Positions 1 to 7,765 of a DNA stretch of 40,940 nucleotides are shown piece by piece (position 1 is the stretch's first letter; each line of letters begins with the position of its first letter). A program made the translations under genes and the position numbers. The stretch comes from a virus. The stretch is taken from positions 1 to 40,940 of the IMG/VR virus record IMGVR_UViG_3300033489_000025, one strand, 5' to 3'. The notes under the pieces were generated by a model. It was not told where the DNA came from, made no database searches, and saw only the letters and a list, made by a program, of their open reading frames with translations.

Positions 1-127
1 AATGGCAAGTATGCAATTGTAAGATATTATTTTACATATTAGGCCACTCCCCATGCGGTTTGGAATAAGACTTATTTGGAGTCAATAGAAATAAGTTTAT
101 CTTATAAAGCTACAATAAAAATTACAG
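1..127. repeat. Terminal exact duplicate (copy 1) of nt 40814-40940; circular-contig overlap
   Basis: Nt 1-127 read identical to nt 40814-40940. Nt 1-42 repeat the last 42 nt, including the stop, of the protease ORF that ends at 40855. Confidence 0.9.
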
Positions 128-240
128 CTTGACAGGAAATGAGTGTATACAAAAAATAGGCTTCAAACCAGCATAAATGCTACATTTAAGAAGTCAGTAT
201 TTATGCGGGTTTGCGGTACTTCGATAAAAGGAGTGAGAAA

Positions 241-462
241 ATGAAAAAAATTAAACTAGATTGGCCTAAAATTGAAGCTATGATACTAAAAAATCCAACG
301 ATCATTAATAACTGGACTGATAGAGTAAAATCGTATTGTGATGACGATGGATACGTTGAAGTATCAAGTGAAGAGGATTATTGGTATACAGTACAAGGTT
401 ATACGATTTTAAAGATATGGGTGGTGGATGAGCGTGATAACAGTTTTGCTCAGAGTATTTAA
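241..462 (+). CDS. Hypothetical early protein
   Basis: ATG at 241 follows 'aaaggag' RBS, in frame with track ORF 211..462; AT-rich. Confidence 0.6.
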   Translation: MKKIKLDWPKIEAMILKNPTIINNWTDRVKSYCDDDGYVEVSSEEDYWYTVQGYTILKIWVVDERDNSFAQSI

Positions 463-625
463 TAATAACGAATATACGGATTTAGAACTGGTGCAGATGG
501 ACGTTGTGCCGCATACCGATGAGTATATTCGGTATAATGGAGAGCTTTATATTATTTCGTCGGTGATATATGACTTAAGCACTAAAAATATTATTTTAAC
601 GCTTTATGAAGCTTGTGAGGATTGA
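428..625 (+). CDS. Hypothetical early protein
   Basis: Track ORF; overlaps the upstream ORF by 35 nt; start uncertain. Confidence 0.45.
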   Translation: MSVITVLLRVFNNNEYTDLELVQMDVVPHTDEYIRYNGELYIISSVIYDLSTKNIILTLYEACED

Positions 626-630
626 TAAAA

Positions 631-885
631 ATGGGGAAATCGATACTATATCCGAGTAATCGGAATTGCGACAAGTGCGGAGACGAAGGGTCCATGTCCG
701 TATGGGAAGTAACGGGTCTTGGTGGTAGAGAACAATTTGTGTGTAGCAACTGCTATAACAAAGTAGAAAGGCGAAATATGGAATTAAAAGCTGAAAAGGA
801 AAAGGCTGAAAAGGCTAAAAAGGAAAAGGCCAGACTTGATGCCGAAAGGGCTAAAAGTGGGCGGCCAAAAGCGAGGTGGGAATGA
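631..885 (+). CDS. Small zinc-ribbon protein with Lys/Glu-rich tail
   Basis: ATG 631 after 'gagga' RBS; 'CDKCG...CSNC' pair, then 'KAEKEKAEKAKKEKARLDAERAK'. Confidence 0.6.
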   Translation: MGKSILYPSNRNCDKCGDEGSMSVWEVTGLGGREQFVCSNCYNKVERRNMELKAEKEKAEKAKKEKARLDAERAKSGRPKARWE

Positions 886-907
886 TTAAAAAAGGAAGGT
901 GTGTAAC

Positions 908-1321
908 ATGAAAAATGCTGGAGAAATAGCTCAAAAATATTTGAATGCTAATATAAACAATATAGATAAATTTACGTTGGATGCTCATAATATCACTATA
1001 TCATTTAAAAATGGTGGTAGTATATCAGTATGCGCAGATGAGTTTGAATTATTTTTTATAAATATGTGTATTAAAAGCGAGGTGGGAATGATGCTTAAAG
1101 AATTAAAAGAAGCGCAGAAAGAGATTGAGCGCCAGATGGATAATGCGAAATACGATTATAGACATGACAAAATTAGTAAATGCGAATACGATAGAATTTA
1201 TCTGCCTCTGGTGCAGAAGTTTAGAAGTTTAGCTGATTCAATCGAAAAAGAAAAGAGGCGATTGGATCAGGTGAAAGAGAGTAAGAAAAAAGCGAAAGGT
1301 GGCGGTAATGGATGGTGGTAA
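908..1321 (+). CDS. Hypothetical protein (coiled-coil C-terminus)
   Basis: ATG 908 after 'aaggaagg' RBS, in frame with track ORF 899..1321. Confidence 0.6.
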   Translation: MKNAGEIAQKYLNANINNIDKFTLDAHNITISFKNGGSISVCADEFELFFINMCIKSEVGMMLKELKEAQKEIERQMDNAKYDYRHDKISKCEYDRIYLPLVQKFRSLADSIEKEKRRLDQVKESKKKAKGGGNGWW

Positions 1322-1323
1322 AA

Positions 1324-1452
1324 ATGCCATTGGTATGTCCGATATGTCGGGCACAAGTCGAAAAGCTGATACAGGTTAACACCGATAAGGGTATGGCCTA
1401 TGTATGCAGTAGCTGCTATGATAAAGTGCAAAAGAAGGAGGAGCGGAAATGA
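1324..1452 (+). CDS. 42-aa zinc-ribbon protein (not in the ORF track)
   Basis: My translation: MPLVCPICRAQVEKLIQVNTDKGMAYVCSSCYDKVQKKEERK; CxxC...CxxC; ATGA stop/start overlap with the next ORF. Confidence 0.55.
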   Translation: MPLVCPICRAQVEKLIQVNTDKGMAYVCSSCYDKVQKKEERK

Positions 1453-1625
1453 ATGTTAGTGAGAATGGGCCGTGCCCTCGATGCAATAATGGCACAATGA
1501 AATTGCAGAAGATAAAAGTTGGCGAGAACACCGTCAAAGGCGTAAAGGTCATAAAATACGCATTATATTTAGCTTGTAACAATTGCGATAATAGCATAAG
1601 CTTAAATAAATATCGATTTGAATAG
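1449..1625 (+). CDS. 58-aa zinc-ribbon protein (not in the ORF track)
   Basis: My translation: MNVSENGPCPRCNNGTMKLQ...LACNNCDNSISLNKYRFE; 'aggagga' RBS upstream; CxxC...CxxC. Confidence 0.55.
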   Translation: MNVSENGPCPRCNNGTMKLQKIKVGENTVKGVKVIKYALYLACNNCDNSISLNKYRFE

Positions 1626-1636
1626 GAGGCTAAAAA

Positions 1637-1864
1637 ATGGCTTGGCAATTTGTAATGTATGTAAAACAAACAGCGACCTGGGGCGAGGTGGTAGCAGTAA
1701 CAAACGGATTACAAAACGCGTATAACGCAGATGTCGCAATCGATAGTGGGTTAATAAAAATCAAAAAGATTAACGACATAAATGTAACCGAGTTCGTGAC
1801 AAACATAGACGACGATGCGATTAACCGAATTGAGTTTGTGACAAAAGAGGACCCCAAAGATTAG
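1637..1864 (+). CDS. Hypothetical protein
   Basis: Track ORF, 'aggagg' RBS at 1623-1628. Confidence 0.6.
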   Translation: MAWQFVMYVKQTATWGEVVAVTNGLQNAYNADVAIDSGLIKIKKINDINVTEFVTNIDDDAINRIEFVTKEDPKD

Positions 1865-1868
1865 ATAG

Positions 1869-1892
1869 GGACAGAGACCTAAATCTCTGTCC
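1869..1892 (+). terminator. Hairpin after the early gene block (weak T tract)
   Basis: ggacagaga / tctctgtcc stem with a 6-nt loop, followed by 'ttaacttt'. Confidence 0.35.
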
Positions 1893-1947
1893 TTAACTTT
1901 GCCCCGGACAGGCTTTGAGGCTTAACGCTTGTCCCGGACAAAGGCGT

Positions 1948-1981
1948 CTAATTGAACAAAATAAACATTTTGTTCAATTAG
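1948..1981. promoter_or_regulatory. 34-bp perfect palindrome next to a -35 box (operator or activator site, or a hairpin)
   Basis: ctaattgaacaaaat-aaac-attttgttcaattag; 15-bp perfect arms; ends 8 nt before TTGACA at 1990. Confidence 0.5.
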
Positions 1982-1989
1982 ATAAGAGA

Positions 1990-2018
1990 TTGACAAAAGT
2001 ATAAATACTTGATATAAT
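1990..2018 (+). promoter_or_regulatory. Sigma-70/SigA-type promoter, conserved copy 1
   Basis: TTGACA-17 nt-TATAAT with TG extension; spacer 'aaagtataaatacttga' is shared with the 5109 promoter. Confidence 0.7.
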
Positions 2019-2040
2019 AACGGTAAAAGGAGATGATATT

Positions 2041-2427
2041 ATGATTTTTAAAATGATTTGTCACTTAGGTGATAAACGGGAATTAGAATCTTTACTGTTA
2101 AATTCTTCGCTTGACGATATATTCTACATTGACCGTGAAAGATATAGGGTCACGCCCCATATTGAAGGCGATATGTGTACAATATATGTGCATGGCTACC
2201 ATGCCGATACGCCTATTGAGATTTTAGAAAATGAATTTATGCTACAATTCAAGAACGTTGAGCAATACTGCATTGAGACTAAAGGCAAGCACAGAAAACT
2301 ACTTAAATGGAATGGTACAGAGTATCGATACTTAAAGTTTATAACAGAAAACGAGATGCTAAATTACAGGCTAAAAGGCGAAAAACGTTTAATAAAATTG
2401 GTGTTTACCGGGGATGTGATATTATGA
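2041..2427 (+). CDS. Hypothetical protein
   Basis: Track ORF; 'aaaggag' RBS. Confidence 0.65.
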   Translation: MIFKMICHLGDKRELESLLLNSSLDDIFYIDRERYRVTPHIEGDMCTIYVHGYHADTPIEILENEFMLQFKNVEQYCIETKGKHRKLLKWNGTEYRYLKFITENEMLNYRLKGEKRLIKLVFTGDVIL

Positions 2428-2561
2428 GTAGTTTAATCATTAAATGCCCGGCTTGTAAAAGCCGGAAATGGCTAAAAAAGCGTACGACCAGGCCGATAAA
2501 GGGCATGCGGAAATATCAGTTGTGCGAATGCTTAGATTGTGGAAAGGAATTTGTGATATGA
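2424..2561 (+). CDS. 45-aa zinc-ribbon protein
   Basis: Internal ATG of track ORF 2307..2561, making an ATGA overlap with the upstream stop; 'CPACK...CLDCG'. Confidence 0.55.
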   Translation: MSSLIIKCPACKSRKWLKKRTTRPIKGMRKYQLCECLDCGKEFVI

Positions 2562-2905
2562 ATGAGAAAAGACTAACTATGTTAAATAAATTTAGCAAAG
2601 ATTATGATTTTAAGTTAATAAAAAAGGTTAATGGCGCAGTAGACTTAAAAGTCACCGCGCATAATGGCCAAACATTAAGACGTTATGCGCATAAGGACAG
2701 GCCCAGAGATTATCGAAGAATCTGCTTCTATGATAAAGAGACTCAAAAAACCTGGGATTATGGGTTAGAAGAACTTATGGCATATGAGCTTGGGATCGAT
2801 ATGTTAGGGAGAAAAGCGACAAAGGATTTTAAGCATGATATACTAATCCCAGCACTAAAGGAGTATTTCAATGGACCTCCACGAATATCAGAAACAGGCC
2901 GTTAA
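2558..2905 (+). CDS. Hypothetical protein
   Basis: ATG 2558 makes an ATGA overlap with the upstream stop; in frame with track ORF 2468..2905. Confidence 0.55.
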   Translation: MNEKRLTMLNKFSKDYDFKLIKKVNGAVDLKVTAHNGQTLRRYAHKDRPRDYRRICFYDKETQKTWDYGLEELMAYELGIDMLGRKATKDFKHDILIPALKEYFNGPPRISETGR

Positions 2906-4154
2906 TTACATACTGGATAATAAATACTGCGCCTTATTTTTGGATATGGGTATGGGTAAAACGTTAAGTGTCTTAATGGCGTTTAACGTTTTAAAGCAGA
3001 TGGGTGAACTCGAAAAGACCTTAATCATTGCGCCTTTGCGTGTGGCACAGATGACCTGGTCGAATGAGATAGATAAATGGGGGTTCGACATGACCTACAC
3101 TAAGATTATAGGTACACCAAAGCAGAGGCTAGCGGCCCTTAGCGCTGATACGGATATCTATATAACCAATATCGATAATGTTGTGTGGTTAAGTCAGTAT
3201 TGGGATTTTAAATTTGTGATAATTGATGAATCATCAATGTTTAAAAACCATCAAGCCATACGCTTTAAGGCTCTTAAGAAATTGACTTATAAGCGTATGG
3301 TCTTACTGTCAGGCACGCCAGCGCCAAATAACCTTACCGAGATATGGCCGCAAATGTACCTTTTGGATCACGGCCTCCGGTTGGGGTGTAATATCACGAA
3401 ATTTCGTGAGCGACATTGCTATTCGCTTTTAGGCGATGGACATATAACCTATAAATGGGGTATCAGGGATGAGCAAAAAATCTATAGGCTTATTGGTGAT
3501 ATCACTATGAGCATGGAGAATATCGTTAAGCCTAAAATAATTTATAATGATATCCCAGTTTATTTTAATACTTTAGAATCTAAAGCTTATGACGACTTCG
3601 AGAATGACTGTTATGCGAGTATCGATGAGGGCGATATCGATGTAGCTAATGCTGCTGTGCTAGTTGGTAAATTGTCGCAATGGACAGGCGGCCATGTATA
3701 TGACGCACAGGGTAATACGCGTGTGACTAATACGCGTAAGCTTGAGGCCTTAGAGGACACTATCCAGGCGGCTAATGGTGAAAACGTTTTAATCTTTGCT
3801 AATTACAAACATGAGATTGAAAGCATTCGCTTAATGGGTGCAGTCCATTTGACGAAAGAAATACATTTCCAGCAGTGGGATAGGGGGGAAATAAATATCG
3901 CTGTGGCCCATCCTAAAAGCTGTGGGCACGGGTTAAATATGCAAGGCGGTGGTCGCATAATCATTTGGTACAGTCTCACATACAGTTTAGAGTTGTACCT
4001 ACAGGCAAATGCACGTTTAGCTCGTCAGGGTCAGGCTAAAACAGTAATCATTAATCATCTGGTAGCTAAAGATACGATTGATGAGAGTATTGTAAAGGCG
4101 CTTAGTAAAAAGGAAATAAATTTAAAAGCTTTATTGAAAGGGGTTAGACGATGA
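2871..4154 (+). CDS. SNF2-family (superfamily 2) DNA helicase/translocase
   Basis: Motifs 'DMGMGKT' (I), 'IIDESS' (II), 'LLSGTPAPNN' (III), 'GHGLNMQ', 'QANARLARQGQ' (VI). Confidence 0.85.
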   Translation: MDLHEYQKQAVNYILDNKYCALFLDMGMGKTLSVLMAFNVLKQMGELEKTLIIAPLRVAQMTWSNEIDKWGFDMTYTKIIGTPKQRLAALSADTDIYITNIDNVVWLSQYWDFKFVIIDESSMFKNHQAIRFKALKKLTYKRMVLLSGTPAPNNLTEIWPQMYLLDHGLRLGCNITKFRERHCYSLLGDGHITYKWGIRDEQKIYRLIGDITMSMENIVKPKIIYNDIPVYFNTLESKAYDDFENDCYASIDEGDIDVANAAVLVGKLSQWTGGHVYDAQGNTRVTNTRKLEALEDTIQAANGENVLIFANYKHEIESIRLMGAVHLTKEIHFQQWDRGEINIAVAHPKSCGHGLNMQGGGRIIIWYSLTYSLELYLQANARLARQGQAKTVIINHLVAKDTIDESIVKALSKKEINLKALLKGVRR

Positions 4155-4330
4155 TTGAGCATTTAAGAAAGTTATTTTTTAAAAAAGGCTTCAGTATAGT
4201 AATTGATGGGACTGAAGGACCTAACATTTTTAGGGTATACCAAATAGGTAATCAGGTGTGCGGACCTGAGATTGTACATTTTAGCAATATTGATAAGATG
4301 TTACCTTGGCTAGATAAACAACATGATTAA
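4151..4330 (+). CDS. 59-aa hypothetical protein (not in the ORF track)
   Basis: ATGA overlap with the SNF2 stop; my translation MIEHLRKLFFKKGFSIVIDG...LDKQHD. Confidence 0.45.
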   Translation: MIEHLRKLFFKKGFSIVIDGTEGPNIFRVYQIGNQVCGPEIVHFSNIDKMLPWLDKQHD

Positions 4331-4541
4331 GAGGTATCAAAAGTCTGATCCGGAGATGCTGACACCGCGAGAAGAGGAAATCTGCGAGTTGGTAGCTCAG
4401 GGTTATAGGAGTAGGGTTATAGCTGATAAGCTTTTTATTTCTGAGCATACCGTTAAAAAGCATATCAGCCGAATTCTAGAAAAAACAAAGGCCCAGAATA
4501 GGACGCATTTAGCGTATATGTGGATGAAAAAAGACCCCTAA
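4323..4541 (+). CDS. LuxR/GerE-type helix-turn-helix (HTH) transcriptional regulator, stand-alone
   Basis: 'LTPREEEICELVAQGYRSRVIADKLFISEHTVKKHISRILEK' matches the LuxR C-terminal HTH pattern. Confidence 0.8.
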   Translation: MIKRYQKSDPEMLTPREEEICELVAQGYRSRVIADKLFISEHTVKKHISRILEKTKAQNRTHLAYMWMKKDP

Positions 4542-4553
4542 GGGGTCTTTTTT
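4527..4553. terminator. Bidirectional intrinsic terminator between convergent genes
   Basis: aaaaaagacccc-taa-ggggtctttttt; contains the stop codons of both flanking ORFs. Confidence 0.8.
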
Positions 4554-5064
4554 ATGTGCGTCTAAAGGTTATGTAACCTGTTAAAGTCTCATTCGCGATT
4601 GGCGTATAAATATTTGCCAACACCGGAATTATGTATACGCTTGTGGATGAGCCTAATTTCATGCTGACCTTTGTATTGGAAGCTAATTGCCCACGCGCGT
4701 TAAGCGCTGAGGCCTTCCAGGTATCGAAAGTTAACATCCCAATGGCTGTGTTCATTTCGGCATCGGTAAGCGTGAAAGCTGCGTTATCGACTGGCGATGC
4801 CGGCGGCGTGTTGAATACCCACACGTTAAATTGTGGTAATGTCGCCTGTGCGGCACTAGATGTTAAATAGCCGCCGATAACGTCAACATGTTGGCCATTA
4901 TATTCCGCTACACCATCAACGGCCACGGCATATGCTGTTGCTGTACTGGACGCCCATACGTCAGATACAGTATATGCGGTTGTGTTTGATGGCCTTACGA
5001 CGCTAAAGCTTAAAGTCACGCGATCTTCTTTCTCTTCGACCCTTTTTGGTCTTATAAAGTCCAT
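4552..5064 (-). CDS. Hypothetical Ser/Thr/Ala-rich 170-aa protein (reverse-strand moron)
   Basis: Track ORF; 'gaggtg' RBS 6 nt before the ATG; no motif recognised. Confidence 0.65.
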   Translation of the reverse strand: MDFIRPKRVEEKEDRVTLSFSVVRPSNTTAYTVSDVWASSTATAYAVAVDGVAEYNGQHVDVIGGYLTSSAAQATLPQFNVWVFNTPPASPVDNAAFTLTDAEMNTAIGMLTFDTWKASALNARGQLASNTKVSMKLGSSTSVYIIPVLANIYTPIANETLTGYITFRRT

Positions 5065-5082
5065 AATATCACCTCACGAATA

Positions 5083-5091
5083 ATTATATCA
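5083..5091 (-). promoter_or_regulatory. Extended -10 element (TGaTATAAT) for the reverse-strand gene
   Basis: + strand 'attatatca' is the reverse complement of TGATATAAT, about 20 nt upstream of the minus-strand ATG; no good -35. Confidence 0.4.
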
Positions 5092-5108
5092 CGTTTTTAA
5101 ATTAGTTA

Positions 5109-5137
5109 TTGACACAAGTATAAATACTTGATATAAT
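5109..5137 (+). promoter_or_regulatory. Sigma-70/SigA-type promoter, conserved copy 2
   Basis: TTGACA-17 nt-TATAAT; the spacer holds the dyad caagtat-aa-atacttg. Confidence 0.7.
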
Positions 5138-5193
5138 TATTTTATAAGGCAGATGCCATAAGGGCGAATTTTAATGGTTAGGGGGATTAAGTT

Positions 5194-5499
5194 ATGGATA
5201 ATTGGACTAAACAAAGACTTAAAAGTGCTTATAAAGATATAGAATTTGAAAGTGTAACACAAAAGGAATTTGATAATATAAAAGATATGCAAATACTAAA
5301 TGAATGGGGCAATTCCTCATACGAAGAATGGTACACCGTTATAAAAGAAAGTACTAAAAATTATAAGATTACAGTTGAGGGGCATAATGAAGAAATTGGT
5401 CTTACTTTTGGGGATAAGTCAAGTTATTGTTTTAAAGAATATAAATGCTATATAAATAAGGAGGCGATTGCGAATGTGCGACAATTGCGGATATTGTAA
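5194..5499 (+). CDS. Hypothetical protein
   Basis: Track ORF; 'aggggga' RBS. Confidence 0.6.
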   Translation: MDNWTKQRLKSAYKDIEFESVTQKEFDNIKDMQILNEWGNSSYEEWYTVIKESTKNYKITVEGHNEEIGLTFGDKSSYCFKEYKCYINKEAIANVRQLRIL

Positions 5500-5626
5500 T
5501 AGGCATGACGGATGCATTTGGGAGGTATTACAGGAAGAGCCAAGTAAGTGTTTGGCTCTGGAGGTGGAAGATGCTGATAGTGGTGATAGTGATATGTGTA
5601 ATCTATTTAATTTATGTACTTTATAA
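5474..5626 (+). CDS. 50-aa Cys-rich protein (not in the ORF track)
   Basis: My translation MCDNCGYCNRHDGCIWEVLQEEPSKCLALEVEDADSGDSDMCNLFNLCTL; 'aaggagg' RBS at 5458-5464. Confidence 0.45.
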   Translation: MCDNCGYCNRHDGCIWEVLQEEPSKCLALEVEDADSGDSDMCNLFNLCTL

Positions 5627-5642
5627 GGAAGGGGAATGTTAA

Positions 5643-5810
5643 ATGAAAAAGGTTAGAATAATAGTACCATATAGTAGTTATGTAGGTTATACTTATGCGA
5701 AGGGCGATAAACCTCGTCCTGTTGCCCAGCAGGGTTATAGTGCTTGGGTGACGCAAATATTATTTACGGATTATGCAAAATTAATGGGGTGGCGATATGG
5801 AAAAACGTAA
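5643..5810 (+). CDS. 55-aa hypothetical protein (not in the ORF track)
   Basis: My translation MKKVRIIVPYSSYVGYTYAKGDKPRPVAQQGYSAWVTQILFTDYAKLMGWRYGKT; 'aaggaagggg' RBS. Confidence 0.45.
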   Translation: MKKVRIIVPYSSYVGYTYAKGDKPRPVAQQGYSAWVTQILFTDYAKLMGWRYGKT

Positions 5811-5949
5811 AACCGAAAAGGTGGACTACACTAAAGAGGATATCAGCGGAGGGGACAAAGACTTTAAGGACTCAGAATACTTAAAAAATGAAGAAAACGA
5901 AAACGATTTCTTCCGATCAAAAAAAGTTAAAGAGGCATTTAAGAGATAG
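5797..5949 (+). CDS. 50-aa acidic/basic hypothetical protein (not in the ORF track)
   Basis: My translation MEKRKTEKVDYTKEDISGGDKDFKDSEYLKNEENENDFFRSKKVKEAFKR; ends inside the terminator. Confidence 0.4.
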   Translation: MEKRKTEKVDYTKEDISGGDKDFKDSEYLKNEENENDFFRSKKVKEAFKR

Positions 5950-5972
5950 AGCGCGATAAGCGCTCTATTTTT
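5948..5972 (+). terminator. Intrinsic terminator
   Basis: agagcgc-gataa-gcgctct followed by 'attttt'. Confidence 0.75.
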
Positions 5973-6005
5973 GTGCTATAATCTAATTAGGAAGGGGCGA
6001 CGGGT

Positions 6006-6455
6006 ATGATTTGGGAAACGTATGTGCGACCACGGGTATGCGAGATACTCGAGTGGAAGCGCGAGTATTTCACCAATAATGAAATAGCACAAAAGTTAGG
6101 TATCACAATTAGACAGTTCAATAAGGTTTTAGCTGAAAACAAAACGCTTAAAGACCTGATGGATGAGGGCGATAAATACATTGTCAAACAGGTGGAAGGC
6201 GCTATATTCAGGCGCGCTATGGGCTATACATATGACGAAGAAACTTTGGAGACTTACCGATCGGGGGGTAAGCCGGTAACGAAAAAAAAGATTGTGAAAA
6301 AGCATGTTGAAGGTTCTGTCGCAGCCCAGCAATTTTTGCTTACTAACCTAAAGCCTGAGAAATATCAAAAATTGGATAAGGTTGATATACATGTCGTAGA
6401 ACCGATAACGATAATCGACGACCTGGGAGGCCAAGATGGAAATAAAGTTAAGTGA
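6006..6455 (+). CDS. terS: Terminase small subunit (HTH-containing)
   Basis: Lies just upstream of the large terminase and overlaps it; 'NNEIAQKLGITIRQFNKVL' HTH. Confidence 0.7.
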   Translation: MIWETYVRPRVCEILEWKREYFTNNEIAQKLGITIRQFNKVLAENKTLKDLMDEGDKYIVKQVEGAIFRRAMGYTYDEETLETYRSGGKPVTKKKIVKKHVEGSVAAQQFLLTNLKPEKYQKLDKVDIHVVEPITIIDDLGGQDGNKVK

Positions 6456-7668
6456 AATAATAAGTCCTAATTTTATCGAGTCCTGGAGAGCCGATTACAC
6501 GCATACCTATTGCATTGAAAAGGGCGGCCGTGATTCGGGTAAATCCAGTAAGCACGCCTTGCGCATGGTGTATAATCGTATGTCGACTATGACAAGCGGC
6601 GCTTGTATTAGACGTTTCGGTAACACACTACATGGTAGTGTGTATCAGGATATTATCTGGGCCACTAAAAAATTTGGCGTTCAGCACTTATGGGATTTCA
6701 AAAAGTCGCCATTAGCCGCAATATATAAGCCAACAGGTACTAAGATATTATTTAAAGGCACAGAGGGCCCCGAGGACCGAATTAAGGGGCTTAAGGACGA
6801 ATTCCCCATTAAGGATTGCCTATTTGATGAGGTCGCCGATTATCGACAAGAGGATGACCTCGACGTAGTTATAGATACTATACTCAGGTCCGAAATGGGG
6901 GAACGGTATTTATTTTTATTGGGCTATAACCCCCCAAAGCGTAAGACACACTGGCTCAATAAACGGTATAATACGCATAGCGATATACCAGATACGTTTA
7001 TACACCATTCGACAGTGTACGATAATCCATACGCGGCTAAGCAGATGATCGAGAGGGCTGATGAACTAAAGATAAGTAATAATGTTAAATGGCGCTGGCG
7101 CTATATGGGTGAAGCCATAGGTTATGGGGTTGTGCCTTTTAGTAATTTAGAGTTTAGACGTATTACGGATGAGGAGATATCCACATTTGACAATATTTGG
7201 TGTGGCGCGGATTGGGGCTATGCGAATAACCCATTTGCTTATGTTAGATGCCATTATGATAAGGTAAATAGGATTTTATATTTTATAGATGAGTTGGTAG
7301 GTGTTAAATTGCACAATGATTATATAATAGAATGGCTACTCGAAAAAGGGTATAATGAAAGAACAACAGCGGATAGTGCCAGTCCTAAAGATGTCCAATA
7401 TTTTAAGGACAGGGGCATTAATATGGTTGGCGCTAGAAAAGGCCCGGGCTCTATCGAATCTGGCGAAAGATGGCTGGACTCGTTAAAGGCTATCGTTATT
7501 GACGATAGACGTACGCCCAGGACGTCTAAGCAATTTGAGGACATTGACTATGCGGTAGACGCACAAGGGAATATGTTAGCGCGTCTGGAGGACAAAGAAA
7601 ACGATGTTATCGACGCAACGCGCTATGCATGTGAGCTATTGATATTGGATAGAAAGACTATATACTAA
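6436..7668 (+). CDS. terL: Terminase large subunit, PBSX/XtmB-like family
   Basis: Walker A 'GGRDSGKS', 'LFDEVAD' Walker B-like motif, C-terminal nuclease region 'GADWGY...DAT'. Confidence 0.85.
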   Translation: MEIKLSEIISPNFIESWRADYTHTYCIEKGGRDSGKSSKHALRMVYNRMSTMTSGACIRRFGNTLHGSVYQDIIWATKKFGVQHLWDFKKSPLAAIYKPTGTKILFKGTEGPEDRIKGLKDEFPIKDCLFDEVADYRQEDDLDVVIDTILRSEMGERYLFLLGYNPPKRKTHWLNKRYNTHSDIPDTFIHHSTVYDNPYAAKQMIERADELKISNNVKWRWRYMGEAIGYGVVPFSNLEFRRITDEEISTFDNIWCGADWGYANNPFAYVRCHYDKVNRILYFIDELVGVKLHNDYIIEWLLEKGYNERTTADSASPKDVQYFKDRGINMVGARKGPGSIESGERWLDSLKAIVIDDRRTPRTSKQFEDIDYAVDAQGNMLARLEDKENDVIDATRYACELLILDRKTIY

Positions 7669-7765
7669 TGCAATTATCGACGCTAGGGGGTATGCTTATG
7701 ATAATTACTTTATAAAGTAATTGCTGTATAATTACATTATTAAATTTGAAAGGTCGTGTAATTAT

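Noticed and set aside
1376-1857. Minus-strand ORFs 1376..1669 and 1630..1857
   Set aside because: They are antisense to plus-strand ORFs that have RBSs, start/stop coupling and CxxC motifs. Their translations are hydrophobic and low-complexity with no RBS.
4631-4870. 79-aa plus-strand ORF inside 4552..5064
   Set aside because: It lies downstream of the bidirectional terminator, has no RBS or promoter, and is antisense to a longer ORF that has an RBS and its own -10 element.
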